Assembly: GCA_965213675.1 (NCBI GenBank)
Contig: OZ243916.1
Coordinates: 1,312,001 to 1,376,000 of the forward strand
DNA length: 64,000 nt
DNA from: an uncultured Candidatus Binatia bacterium
Lineage (GTDB): Bacteria; Desulfobacterota; Binatia; UBA9968; JAJDTQ01
Reading direction: 5' to 3'
In this document: positions 37,270-46,997 of the stretch, piece by piece
How positions within the stretch are numbered: the stretch's first letter is position 1
Layout: each line of letters opens with the position of its first letter
Notes under the pieces: generated by a model
What the model was told of the DNA's origin: nothing
Seen by the model: the letters and a program-made list of their open reading frames with translations, nothing else
The model's database searches: none
Position numbers and translations under genes: made by a program

Positions 37270-39348
37270 CTACTGCGGATTGCGGACGATGCGCACGTCC
37301 ACCGCGGCCACTCCCGCGCCCGCCTCCTGCACCATCAGCGGATTGATCTCCAGGTCGCTCAGGCGCCCCCGGTGCGCGGCAAACAGGTCGGACAGGCCAA
37401 CGATGGCCCGGACCAGCGCGTCGACGTCGCGGGGTCCCTGCCCGCGCACGCCTTCGAGAATCTTGTAACCCTTGAGTTGGCGGAGCATGGCCTGCGCGTC
37501 CCCGGCAGTCACCGGGATGAGACGCAGCGCCACGTCCTTCAGCACCTCCACGAAGATGCCGCCCAGGCCCACCATGACAAAGGGACCGTACTGCGGGTCC
37601 ACGCGGGCGCCCAGAATGACCTCGGTGCCTCCGACCATTTCCTGCACCAGCAGCCTCGATCCGGACGGCCCCTTGGCGAGCAGTTCCGCTCCCGCCTGCG
37701 CCACGCGTTCGCCCGAATCCAGGCCCAGCACCACGCCTCCTACCTCGGTCTTGTGCACCACCTCGGGGGACTGTAGCTTCAACACCACCGGGTAGCCCAT
37801 CTCTGCGGCGCGGGCCGTGGCCTCCGCCGGCGTGTCCACCACCGCCTCCCGCGGCGGTGTCAGGCCGTGTGCCGCCAACCGCTGTTGCCAGGCGGCCCCT
37901 TCCAGGTCCTCCGCCCGGCCGGCGGCGGCCGGCATCGCCGAGATCCCCAGCCGACGGCGCCGGCCGTAGGCGCCCAGTCCGTTGAGCGCCCGCAGCGTCG
38001 CCTTGATGCCTTGCAGGTGCGGCACCTCCGAAGCCTCCTGAAAGGCCCGGCTCTCGTCCTGCAGGCTGTAGGTGGAGCGGGCGTGGGCCACGATGGGCTT
38101 GTCGATACTCCGGGAGATGTTCTTCAACAGGTCCGGGTTGCGCTTCTCGCCGAAGCGCGGCAGCTCGCCGTGGATGGCCAGCAGGTCCACGCCGTCGTCC
38201 TCGGCGTGAATGCGCACGATGTCGGCGAAGGTATTCTCGTTGCCGAAGCCGGCCACGCCGCACTCCAGCGGGTTCTCCACTACCAAGTCGTCGGGAATGA
38301 GCGGCCGCAACGCCTGGTTGGACGCGTCGCTCAGGGTGGCCAGCTCGATGCCCACATCTTCGATGTGGTCCAGCAGAATGCCCTTCATGCCGCCGGAGTT
38401 GACCACGATGGCGGCGCGCCCGCCCCGGGGCCGCCGGCCCGGCAGGAACGCCAGGGTCATCTCCGTCAGATCCTCCAGACTGTGGCAGCGCACCATGCCG
38501 TAGCGGTCGCAGGCGGCCGAGAAGACCTCATCATCGCCCGCCAGCGAGCCCGTGTGGGAGATGGCCTGACGCTTGCCCATCTCCGAGCGCCCGAGCTTCA
38601 CCACGATGAGGGGCTTGTCCGCCTCCAGCGCCCGTGCGGCCATCTCCAGGAACATCCTGGGACGGCGGATGCCTTCCACCATGAGCACGATGATCTTCGT
38701 CTCGTCGTTGTCGATGAGGAAGGAAAGATAGTCCACCACGTCCAGGCTCACCTCGTTGCCGCTGGAGATGGCGTAACTGAAGCCGACGCCGCGCTCGGCC
38801 GCGCCCTTCATCCAGTTGCCCAGGGAGCCTCCGCTCTGGAACACCGCGGCCACGGGCCCGGGCCGGAGCAGCGGCTGGCGCTGGGCGTAGGTCATCATGC
38901 GCTGGTTCACCGACGCCGCGCCCATGCAGTTGGGGCCGCAACAGACGATGCCGCTCTCCTCGCAGAACTCGGCCAGCTCGCGGCCGCGCTCGTGGCTCTT
39001 GGGATCGGTCCCTTCGCCGAAGCCCGCGCTGTAGATGGTGGCCGCCTTCGTTCCCAGCGGAACGGCCTGCCGCAGCGTGGGGATCACCGCCCGGCTCGGC
39101 ACCAGCATCAGCAGGTGGTCCGCCGGTTCGGGCAACGCCTCCAGGCTCGGGTAGCACGGTGCGTCCCAAAGTGTCTCGTAGTTGGGGTTGATGAGGAAGA
39201 CGTTGCCGGGAAACTCCGCGGCCTTGAGGCTGTGAAAAAGCAGGTTCGGCCAGTTGCCCTTGGGCGAGGCGCCGACGATGGCCACGCTCTTGGCGTGCAG
39301 CAGGTTGCCTGCCGGGAGAATGGTGGTTCTTTCCGTCGTTTCGGTCAT
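37270..39348 (-). CDS. NDP-forming acyl-CoA synthetase (acetate--CoA ligase family)
   Basis: SVAIVGAS, GPNCMG, QSGG, SSGNE, SHTGSLAG phospho-His, ATP-grasp HKTEVGGV, DLEINPL. Confidence 0.9.
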   Translation of the reverse strand: MTETTERTTILPAGNLLHAKSVAIVGASPKGNWPNLLFHSLKAAEFPGNVFLINPNYETLWDAPCYPSLEALPEPADHLLMLVPSRAVIPTLRQAVPLGTKAATIYSAGFGEGTDPKSHERGRELAEFCEESGIVCCGPNCMGAASVNQRMMTYAQRQPLLRPGPVAAVFQSGGSLGNWMKGAAERGVGFSYAISSGNEVSLDVVDYLSFLIDNDETKIIVLMVEGIRRPRMFLEMAARALEADKPLIVVKLGRSEMGKRQAISHTGSLAGDDEVFSAACDRYGMVRCHSLEDLTEMTLAFLPGRRPRGGRAAIVVNSGGMKGILLDHIEDVGIELATLSDASNQALRPLIPDDLVVENPLECGVAGFGNENTFADIVRIHAEDDGVDLLAIHGELPRFGEKRNPDLLKNISRSIDKPIVAHARSTYSLQDESRAFQEASEVPHLQGIKATLRALNGLGAYGRRRRLGISAMPAAAGRAEDLEGAAWQQRLAAHGLTPPREAVVDTPAEATARAAEMGYPVVLKLQSPEVVHKTEVGGVVLGLDSGERVAQAGAELLAKGPSGSRLLVQEMVGGTEVILGARVDPQYGPFVMVGLGGIFVEVLKDVALRLIPVTAGDAQAMLRQLKGYKILEGVRGQGPRDVDALVRAIVGLSDLFAAHRGRLSDLEINPLMVQEAGAGVAAVDVRIVRNPQ

Positions 39349-39445
39349 GTCGTCTCTTCTTTCGATGAGGGTGCCTGCGCACGGCGGTCCGCGCCGGTCA
39401 CGCCCTGGTCGCCTTCCCGGCGCGGTCCTGGCGAGTGGTTTCTTT

Positions 39446-39958
39446 CTAGAACAATTCGATGCCCAGGAAGCGGAACAGCTCCCCCTCATACCAGGAGGCA
39501 TGAATCACCTGGTCGAACACCCCGTACAGGAACGCGATGGCGCCCGCCGTAAGACCCAGGGACAGGAGCCATCCTTCATCCGACCCGACCTTCAGGTAGA
39601 GAAAGACGAACAACGGCATCGCGATGAGCTGTCCCAGAAGCCACGTGCCCGCGAATATGCCCATCAACCAGAAGCAGATGAAAAAGGTCCGCTTCAGGGC
39701 CTCGCCGCTGCGGAGGTTCACGTCGAGAAAAATGTCCGCGGCCCCCCCGGGCCCATCGGGGGCCTTCTCCTCCCCGCCCCGGATTCCCGTCCACAGCGAA
39801 AGGATCACGGCGATGATGCAGCCCGCAAAGCCGATCAGCGTGGGAAACAGCGAGGTCTTCCCCGGCCACTCCCTGGCCGTAACCACGCCAGCGGCGAACA
39901 TGACCGCCAGGGCGAGTATGAACAGGCTCTCGATGTAGTGCTCGCGGATCCGTCGCAT
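39446..39958 (-). CDS. tctB: Tripartite tricarboxylate transporter TctB
   Basis: Small multi-TM protein with LFP motif, downstream of tctA. Confidence 0.8.
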   Translation of the reverse strand: MRRIREHYIESLFILALAVMFAAGVVTAREWPGKTSLFPTLIGFAGCIIAVILSLWTGIRGGEEKAPDGPGGAADIFLDVNLRSGEALKRTFFICFWLMGIFAGTWLLGQLIAMPLFVFLYLKVGSDEGWLLSLGLTAGAIAFLYGVFDQVIHASWYEGELFRFLGIELF

Positions 39959-39959
39959 G

Positions 39960-41432
39960 TCATGCCTTCCGGCGCATCTGGGCTCGCGTCGCGTAGTAGA
40001 GCGTCGCCGCGGTCATCAGGATCAGGAGGATGCAGATGGGCCGCTCCCACAGCCACGACCAGCCGTAGCGGCTGACGCTGATGTCGAGGTAGCGCTCCAT
40101 GATGGGGCCCAGGACGATGCCCAGGGCGATGGGCGGCCGCGGCCAGCCCCACCGCTTCATCAGGTAGCCCAAAGCCCCCAGGCTCATCAGCACGAGCCAG
40201 TCGCCCAACTCCTGCGTCGCCATCCAGGAACCCATGAACACGAGAACCACGATGATGGGGATGAGAATGCTGCCGCGTATGGTGGTGACCTTGGCGAGTT
40301 GGTTCGTGAACCCCATCAACAGGATGGCGGTCAGGACGTTGGCGATGACCAGCGCCCAGATCACCGAGAACGTGACGTCGAGACGGGTGCTGAGAAGCTC
40401 GGGACCCGGGTAGATGCCGTGGATCAGGAAGGCGCCCAGCAGGATGGCCATGGTGGCGCTTCCGGGAATACCGAACGCGATGGTGGGGATCAGCGAGCCG
40501 CCCTTCATGGCGTTGTTGGCGGCCTCCGGCGCGATGACGCCCCGTATCTCGCCCTTGCCGAATTCCGCCTTCGGGTCCTTGTTGGACTGGACCGCATGGC
40601 CGTAGGCCACCCAGTCGACGATGCTGGCCCCGAGACCGGGGATGAAGCCGATGTAGGCGCCGATGACCGCGCACCGGAGCGCCAGCCACCAGTTACGCGC
40701 GGCGTCGCGCACGCCGTCCCAGAGCCCCTTCCCCATCTCCGGCACTTCCGACAGGGTGCCGCGGCGTACCGCCAGCTCCACCACCTCGGGAAGCGAGAAC
40801 AGACCCAGCACGCACGGGACGATGGGAAGCCCTTCCAGGAGATACGGCGCGCCGAACCAGAAGCGCGGGATGCCATCCTGGGGCGAGTAGCCGATCATGG
40901 AGATCTGCAACGCCACCAGGCCCACCAGTATGCCCTTGGCCGGGGCGTTGCCGCTCAAGGCGCCTACCATGGCCATGCCCAGCACGCCCAGGAGGAAAAA
41001 CTCCGGGGCGCCGAACGAGAGCACCAGCGGGCTCAGGATCGGTATCGAGAAAATCAGCAGGATGGCGCCCACCACGCCGCCAAAGCCGGACACCGTGTAG
41101 GCGGCGCCGAACGCCCGCGCCGCCTCCCCCTTCTTCGCCAACGGGTAGCCATCCATGATGGTGGCCTGGGAGCCGGCGGTGCCGGGGACGCCCAACAGAA
41201 CCGACGATATGGTGTCCGACGTCGAGGTAATGGCGTACATGCCCATGAGCAGCGCCATGGCCTCGTAGGGTTGAAGATCAAAAGTGAACGGCAGCAGGAT
41301 GGCCATCCCGGAGAGGCCCGAGAGGCCCGGAACCATTCCGAAAAAGACACCCAGAGTGATACCCAGCAACAGATAGCCGAAGGCCGGCCAGGCGAGAATA
41401 CCCTGAAGTCCCAGTTGGGCTGCTTCTAGCAT
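39960..41432 (-). CDS. tctA: Tripartite tricarboxylate transporter TctA
   Basis: GVPGT, MDGYPLAKKG, APEAANNA, PTIAFGIPGS. Confidence 0.93.
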   Translation of the reverse strand: MLEAAQLGLQGILAWPAFGYLLLGITLGVFFGMVPGLSGLSGMAILLPFTFDLQPYEAMALLMGMYAITSTSDTISSVLLGVPGTAGSQATIMDGYPLAKKGEAARAFGAAYTVSGFGGVVGAILLIFSIPILSPLVLSFGAPEFFLLGVLGMAMVGALSGNAPAKGILVGLVALQISMIGYSPQDGIPRFWFGAPYLLEGLPIVPCVLGLFSLPEVVELAVRRGTLSEVPEMGKGLWDGVRDAARNWWLALRCAVIGAYIGFIPGLGASIVDWVAYGHAVQSNKDPKAEFGKGEIRGVIAPEAANNAMKGGSLIPTIAFGIPGSATMAILLGAFLIHGIYPGPELLSTRLDVTFSVIWALVIANVLTAILLMGFTNQLAKVTTIRGSILIPIIVVLVFMGSWMATQELGDWLVLMSLGALGYLMKRWGWPRPPIALGIVLGPIMERYLDISVSRYGWSWLWERPICILLILMTAATLYYATRAQMRRKA

Positions 41433-41511
41433 GCTGTGTGGGCGTTAGGCTGGTTGGGAGTGCCCGTTGCCGGCCCACGAGGCGGCCGGCAACGGGCACA
41501 CGGTTGATAGC

Positions 41512-42603
41512 CTACTTCTTGGCCGCGAGCTTACGCCCTTCTTCCACGTAGTTGGCGCGGAACTTCTTCATTTCCTCGCCCGCCGTCTTCCACGGCACCA
41601 TGGACTTCTCGAGGTCCTTGGCCGAGGTCAACATGTGCGGCTCGATACCGACGGACTTCTTGTACTCGGCGCGGAACGCGGGATCCTCGTTCATGGCGAT
41701 GAAGGCGGAGCGCACCGCTTCCACCGCTGCCTTCGGGGTCTCCGGAGGCGCCAGGATCTGACGGTAGCTCGTCAGGATCTGGAAGAGCTGCCACAGCGGG
41801 CCGGCGGGTTCCTTGCCCGAGAGCCGCTTGACGAACTCACGCGCGGGCACGCCCGGGGCGATGGCCGGGATCTGGGCGTCGCTGCCGTACCACAGCGGAA
41901 CGGCGGTCCCCTTGTCCACGGCGATGGGCTTCACCCGCGGGATATAGAACGGCGTGCTGCCGTCCACGTAGTCGAGCTCCTTGCGCAGGAACGCCGCCAG
42001 CAGGTCCGACGAGCCCTGGTACCCCGTGACATAGTTGAACTTGATGCCCGCGAGGTCGAACAGTGTGCGGAACTTGAGGTCCTTGCTGCTGTCCGCGCGG
42101 AATCCACCGACGTTAAAGCTCTTGGCTTTCTTGAGATCGTCCAAATTGTTGAGCGGCGGATCGAGGTCCTTCCTGGCCACGCCGACACTCACGACGGGCG
42201 TGAACATGACCGGAATGATCTCCTCCATATTGGCCCGGAGACCGGCCTTTTTGGGATCGCCCACGTACCATTCCTGGTACCGGCCGCTGGCGGTCTGGCA
42301 ACCCATTATGGTGCCGTTTCGCCGCGCCCGCTCGTAAAGCCAGTTCATGGCCAGGTTGCCGCCGCCTCCCGCGCGGTTCTGGATCACGATGGTGGGATTG
42401 CCCTTGAGATGATTCTTCAGATGACGGGCGTAGATCCGGCACTCGATGTCCGTGGGTCCACCGGCGGAGTAGTCGACGATAAGCTTCAGCGTCTTGCCCT
42501 GATAGAAGGGCTTGTCCGCCGCGGACGCCTGGGTCCCCAGCAAGAGCCCGAACACGAGCACGGCAACCATGAATAGCACGGCTTTCTGTAATGTGGACTT
42601 CAT
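41512..42603 (-). CDS. tctC: TctC/Bug-like periplasmic binding protein
   Basis: Signal peptide; FYQGKT..YSAGGPTD, QNRAGGGG, VTGYQGS, APPETP. Confidence 0.85.
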   Translation of the reverse strand: MKSTLQKAVLFMVAVLVFGLLLGTQASAADKPFYQGKTLKLIVDYSAGGPTDIECRIYARHLKNHLKGNPTIVIQNRAGGGGNLAMNWLYERARRNGTIMGCQTASGRYQEWYVGDPKKAGLRANMEEIIPVMFTPVVSVGVARKDLDPPLNNLDDLKKAKSFNVGGFRADSSKDLKFRTLFDLAGIKFNYVTGYQGSSDLLAAFLRKELDYVDGSTPFYIPRVKPIAVDKGTAVPLWYGSDAQIPAIAPGVPAREFVKRLSGKEPAGPLWQLFQILTSYRQILAPPETPKAAVEAVRSAFIAMNEDPAFRAEYKKSVGIEPHMLTSAKDLEKSMVPWKTAGEEMKKFRANYVEEGRKLAAKK

Positions 42604-42716
42604 CGCTTGCTCCCTCCTTGGGTCAGTGATTGCCGTCGTCCGGCGTTGGGGGCGTCGGTCCGGGACCGTCCGGGCCGACGCCCCGCCACTTGACACTCGT
42701 CGGTATCCCTATCGAG

Positions 42717-43553
42717 CTACGAAGCCTTGTGGACCCGCGCCATGGGACCGAACCCCGGCTTGTAGGTCTTGTCGTCGATGAACTGCTTGATCCCCTCGTC
42801 GTAGCCGCTCTCCCGGTCCTGCAGCTTGATCTGCGCGCCCTTGGCGGCCAAATAGTCCTCGGCCTGGGAGTAGTCCATGCTGCGCACGAGCTTGTAGGCC
42901 TGCTTGGTGGCGCGCAGCGCCCAGGGGTTCTTCTCCATGAGCTTCTTCGCCAGCTTCACGGTCTCGTCCCGGAGCTGGTCCGCCGGCACCGAGAAGTTCA
43001 CCAGCCGCATCTCCGCGGCCTTCTTGCCGTCGAACGGATCACCGGTCATGGCGTGGTACAGACCGTCGCGCAGCGACAGCATGTCCGTGACCACCCGGCT
43101 CACGAGACCGCCGGGCAGAATGCCCCAGTTGACCTCGGACAGCCCGAAGACGGCGTCATCCGCGGCGATGGCGAAGTCACAGGCCACCAGCGGGGTAAAG
43201 GCGCCGCCGAAGCAGAAGCCGTTGACCATGGCGATGGTGGGCTTGGGGAAGGTGAACAGCTTGCGCCAGCGCCACTCCTGGCTGCACCAGCTCGCCTGGC
43301 GCCGCAACGCCGGGTTCTTGTCGCCCTCGCGGAAGTATTCCTTCAGATCCTGTCCGGCGCACCAGCTATTGCCCGCGCCGGTGATGACCATAACCTGGGT
43401 CTCCGGGTCTCCCTCGGCCTCGGTCACCGCGTCGTACATGTCGAAATGAAGCTGCGGGCTCATGGCGTTGCGCTTCTCCGGCCGGTTGAGGATCACCCAG
43501 GTGAGGCCGTCCTCCTTCTCCACCCGCACGGTCTGATAATCTTTCGTCGTCAT
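42717..43553 (-). CDS. p-Hydroxycinnamoyl-CoA hydratase/lyase, copy 1
   Basis: NRPEKRNAMSP, AGQDLKEYFRE, GLSEVNWGILPGG, KQFIDDKTYKPG. Confidence 0.9.
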   Translation of the reverse strand: MTTKDYQTVRVEKEDGLTWVILNRPEKRNAMSPQLHFDMYDAVTEAEGDPETQVMVITGAGNSWCAGQDLKEYFREGDKNPALRRQASWCSQEWRWRKLFTFPKPTIAMVNGFCFGGAFTPLVACDFAIAADDAVFGLSEVNWGILPGGLVSRVVTDMLSLRDGLYHAMTGDPFDGKKAAEMRLVNFSVPADQLRDETVKLAKKLMEKNPWALRATKQAYKLVRSMDYSQAEDYLAAKGAQIKLQDRESGYDEGIKQFIDDKTYKPGFGPMARVHKAS

Positions 43554-43583
43554 TAAACGTGTACCTCCTTGAAACGTTTGCGT

Positions 43584-43629
43584 GAGTTGCAATTTCGCCA
43601 ACTCTATTCAGTCGTGTTGCGCGAGTCAA
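43584..43629 (-). promoter_or_regulatory. Sigma70 promoter with overlapping inverted-repeat operator
   Basis: Minus strand TTGACT-17-TAGAGT; GAGTTG-N9-CAACTC overlaps the -10/+1 region. Confidence 0.6.
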
Positions 43630-43652
43630 GGCGCCAACGAACCGCCGGCGAG

Positions 43653-44489
43653 TCAGGAATCCCGGTTCACGCGGGCCATGGGGCCGAAGCCCGGCTTGTA
43701 GGTCTTGTCGTCGATGAACTGCTTGATGCCCTCGTCGTAACCACGCTCCCGGTCCTGCATCTTGATCTGCGCCTCCTTGGCAGCCAGGTAGTCCTCGGCC
43801 TGGGAGTAGTCCATGCCGCGCACCAGCTTGTAGGCCTGCTTGGTGGCCCGCAGCGCCCAGGGGTTCTTCTCCATGAGCTTCCTGGCCAGCTTCACGGTCT
43901 CGTCCCGGAGCTGATCGGCTGGCACCGCGTAGTTGACCAGCCGCATCTCCGCCGCCTTTCTGCCGTCGAAGGGGTCGCCGGTCATGGCGTGGTAGAGGCC
44001 GTCGCGCAGGCTCAACACGTCGGTGACGACACGGCTCACGAGGCCGCCGGGCAGGATGCCCCAGTTGACCTCGGACAGGCCGAAGATGGCGTCCTCGGCG
44101 GCGATGGCGAAATCACAGGCGATCATGGGGCTGAAGGCGCCGCCGAAGCAGTAACCGTTGACCATGGCGATGGTGGGCTTGGGGAAGGTGAACAGCTTGC
44201 GCCAGCGCCACTCCTGGCTGGCCCAGCCCACCTGCCGCTGGAATTCCGGGTTCTGGTCGCCTTCGCGGAAGAACTCCTTGAGGTCCATGCCGGCGCACCA
44301 GCTATTGCCCGCTCCAGTGATGACCATCACCTGGGTTTCCGGGTCCCCCTCGGCTTCGGTCACCACGTCGTACATGTCGAAGTGGAGCTGCGGGTTCATG
44401 GCGTTGCGCTTTTCCGGGCGGTTGAGAATCACCCAAGTGAGGCCGTCCTCCTTTTCCACCAGAACCGTCTTGTATTCCTTGGTTGCCAT
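43653..44489 (-). CDS. p-Hydroxycinnamoyl-CoA hydratase/lyase, copy 2
   Basis: Close paralog of copy 1; AGMDLKEFFRE. Confidence 0.9.
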   Translation of the reverse strand: MATKEYKTVLVEKEDGLTWVILNRPEKRNAMNPQLHFDMYDVVTEAEGDPETQVMVITGAGNSWCAGMDLKEFFREGDQNPEFQRQVGWASQEWRWRKLFTFPKPTIAMVNGYCFGGAFSPMIACDFAIAAEDAIFGLSEVNWGILPGGLVSRVVTDVLSLRDGLYHAMTGDPFDGRKAAEMRLVNYAVPADQLRDETVKLARKLMEKNPWALRATKQAYKLVRGMDYSQAEDYLAAKEAQIKMQDRERGYDEGIKQFIDDKTYKPGFGPMARVNRDS

Positions 44490-44906
44490 GGGCGGTTGTC
44501 TCCTTGGTTGTTTGCTGCCCCTACCGGTGTGGGGTCGGAATGCCAGCGTCTTGGACCAGACGTCCCCCATGGACGCCTCGTGACAGCTCGGGCGGTCGTG
44601 TTCCACCCGTGGGTTTTATTCGATCAACTTGACGAGGGTATTCGACGAGAGTTCTCATTGACACGGGGTTCGCGAGGCTGTCAAGGACGTAGCCGTCGCG
44701 CGGGCAACGCCGCCCATCCATTCATTTCCCGCAAGCGGAAAGGACGTTTCGCCCACCCCTGTGTGGCAAAATGCGACGCAACCGCGGTTTTGCTCCCATT
44801 GGACGTTGTGCTACTCTCTGGAGTCGGACCTGCGACACACTGCCGGGCCATCCCCATTCCCGACGCCCTGCGGGCGCTCGGAATTCAACCGGGGCGTATC
44901 GATACC

Positions 44907-45500
44907 ATGCAAATCTGCTGTTTGGATCTGGAGGGAGTCCTCCTGCCGGAAATCTGGATCGCGGTCGCCGATCATTTTCATAACGACGACCTGCGGCTCA
45001 CCACGCGCGACATCTCGGACTACGACAAGCTCATGCAGCACCGCCTGAAGGTGCTCAGAAAGAACCGCATCCGGCTGGCCGACATCCAGGGCGTCATCGC
45101 CGGCATGGAGCCACTGCCCGGGGCCAGGGACTTCCTCGACGACCTCTATCAGGACTTCCAGGTGGTGCTGCTGTCGGACACGTTCTACGAGTTCGCCATG
45201 CCGCTCATCCGCAAGCTCGGCAACCCGACGCTGTTGTGCAACTGGCTCACGGTGAGCCGGTCGGGGTACATCGCCAACTATATCCTCCGCCAGAAGGACG
45301 GCAAGCGCAAAGCCGTGAAGGCATTCAAGCAAATCGGCTTTCGCGTGGTGGCGGCGGGGGACTCTTACAACGACCTGAGCATGCTGCGCACCGCCGACCG
45401 CGGCGTGCTGTTCAATCCGCCGGAGGCCATCGTCAAGCGCCACCCGGCTTTGCCGGTGTCGCGCGACTACGCGGTGCTGGCGCGGCTGCTGCGACAGTAG
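44907..45500 (+). CDS. thrH: Phosphoserine phosphatase/homoserine phosphotransferase ThrH
   Basis: CLDLEGVLLPEIW, TTRDISDYDKLM, LSDTFYEF, AAGDSYND. Confidence 0.92.
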   Translation: MQICCLDLEGVLLPEIWIAVADHFHNDDLRLTTRDISDYDKLMQHRLKVLRKNRIRLADIQGVIAGMEPLPGARDFLDDLYQDFQVVLLSDTFYEFAMPLIRKLGNPTLLCNWLTVSRSGYIANYILRQKDGKRKAVKAFKQIGFRVVAAGDSYNDLSMLRTADRGVLFNPPEAIVKRHPALPVSRDYAVLARLLRQ

Positions 45501-45521
45501 GGTCATGGCGCACGCGGTCAT

Positions 45522-45565
45522 CCGTTCGTCCTGAGCGGAGCGCCGGCGAAGCAAGGTCAAGGGAC
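45522..45565. repeat. Degenerate REP-like element
   Basis: CCGTTCGTCCTGAGC..GTCAAGGG; reverse-complement-related motif CCCTTCGGCACGCTCAGGGC at about 53957. Confidence 0.35.
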
Positions 45566-45600
45566 CCACACAAACAAACAACCAACCAAGGAGAATTCCC

Positions 45601-46992
45601 ATGCTGGACGTGCTTGTTGCCAACGCCGATATCATCACCGCCGACCACCGCTACCAGGGCTCGGTGGGCATCCAGAACGGCATGATCGCCGGCATCTACG
45701 CCCCCGGCTCGACGCCCGAGGCCGCCGAGGTGGTGGACGCCACCAACCTGGCGCTCCTCCCCGGCGCGGTGGACATGCACTCGCACCACCGCGAAGGCGG
45801 CGAGCCCGGTGGCTACGACTACAAGGAGAACATCCACACCGCCACCATGCAGTGCGCGGCCGGCGGCGTCACCACGTCGGTGGCCATGCCCAATGTGACG
45901 CCGCCGCCCAACTCGGTGCCGCGCCTCGAACAGTTGTTCTCGGTCTACGAACGCGAGGCCATCATCGACTTCAACGTCAACCCGGCCGGGACCATCCCGG
46001 AAGAGATCCCCAAGCTGGCCAAGATGGGCATCGGCGCATTCAAGGTGTTCATGGTAGTGGACACGGGGCGGGACTATCCGCACATGCCCGGCATCGGGGT
46101 TCACGACCACGGCAAGCTCATGGAGATCATGGAGACGTGCGCCGCGGCCAACGTGCCACTCATGGTGCATCCCCACGATCAGCCCCTCATGGACTACATC
46201 GAAAAGAAGTACTGGGACCGGGGGGAGCGCGACTGTTTGGCCTACGCCAAGGCCTATGCCGAAAACGACGGCGTCATCTGGGAAACCGCCATCCAGTTCC
46301 TCATCCGCCTGCAGGCGGCCACCGGCGTACACCTGCACATACTGCACGTCCAGACCGAGGGCACCGTGGAGATGATCCGCCGGGCCAAGGACGCCGGCCA
46401 GCGGGTGACCGCCGAGATCAACCCCTGGGCGATCTTCCTGGGATCGGACTGGAGCGAGATCGAGCGGCTGGGCTCCTACGCCCTCTCCTACTGGATCCCG
46501 GAGAAGAACTCGCCGGCCCTGTGGGAGGGTCTGCGCGACGGCACCATCGACATCGTCGCCACCGACCACGCGCCGCACACGCGCGCGGAAAAGGAGATCG
46601 GCTGGGAGGACGGCTGGAAGGCGCACACCGGAACGCCGTCCGCGCAGTACTACATGAGCCTGCTCATGGACGCCGTATCCAAGGGCAAGATCCCGCTGAA
46701 CCGCATGGTGGAGGCCACTTCGACCCTGCCCGCGCGCATCTTCGGCGTGCACAACAAGGGCCGCATCGAGGTGGGCTACGACGCCGATCTGGTGCTGGTG
46801 GACCTGAACGCCGAAAAGGAAATCCGCGACGAGGACGTGCTCAGCCTCATCGGCTGGAGCCCCTACACCGGGCGCACGCTCAAGGGCTGGCCCGTGCGCA
46901 CCTTCGTGCGCGGCACCACCGTATACCGCGACGGCAAGGTGGTGGGACCCAAAGGCCACGGCCGGCAGGCAAAGGCCACGTATCCGGGGTAG
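45601..46992 (+). CDS. Dihydroorotase/allantoinase-family cyclic amidohydrolase
   Basis: PGAVDMHSH, AGGVTT..MPN, FKVFM, ATDHAPH, KGRIEVGYDADL, WSPY. Confidence 0.88.
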   Translation: MLDVLVANADIITADHRYQGSVGIQNGMIAGIYAPGSTPEAAEVVDATNLALLPGAVDMHSHHREGGEPGGYDYKENIHTATMQCAAGGVTTSVAMPNVTPPPNSVPRLEQLFSVYEREAIIDFNVNPAGTIPEEIPKLAKMGIGAFKVFMVVDTGRDYPHMPGIGVHDHGKLMEIMETCAAANVPLMVHPHDQPLMDYIEKKYWDRGERDCLAYAKAYAENDGVIWETAIQFLIRLQAATGVHLHILHVQTEGTVEMIRRAKDAGQRVTAEINPWAIFLGSDWSEIERLGSYALSYWIPEKNSPALWEGLRDGTIDIVATDHAPHTRAEKEIGWEDGWKAHTGTPSAQYYMSLLMDAVSKGKIPLNRMVEATSTLPARIFGVHNKGRIEVGYDADLVLVDLNAEKEIRDEDVLSLIGWSPYTGRTLKGWPVRTFVRGTTVYRDGKVVGPKGHGRQAKATYPG

Positions 46993-46997
46993 GCGGG

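Noticed and set aside
44820-44900. Hairpin upstream of thrH as a riboswitch
   Set aside because: Single GC hairpin with no recognisable aptamer or terminator.
43569-44906. Apparent N-terminal fusion on ThrH (643-aa ORF)
   Set aside because: The extension is antisense to HCHL copy 2; ThrH homology begins at ATG 44907.
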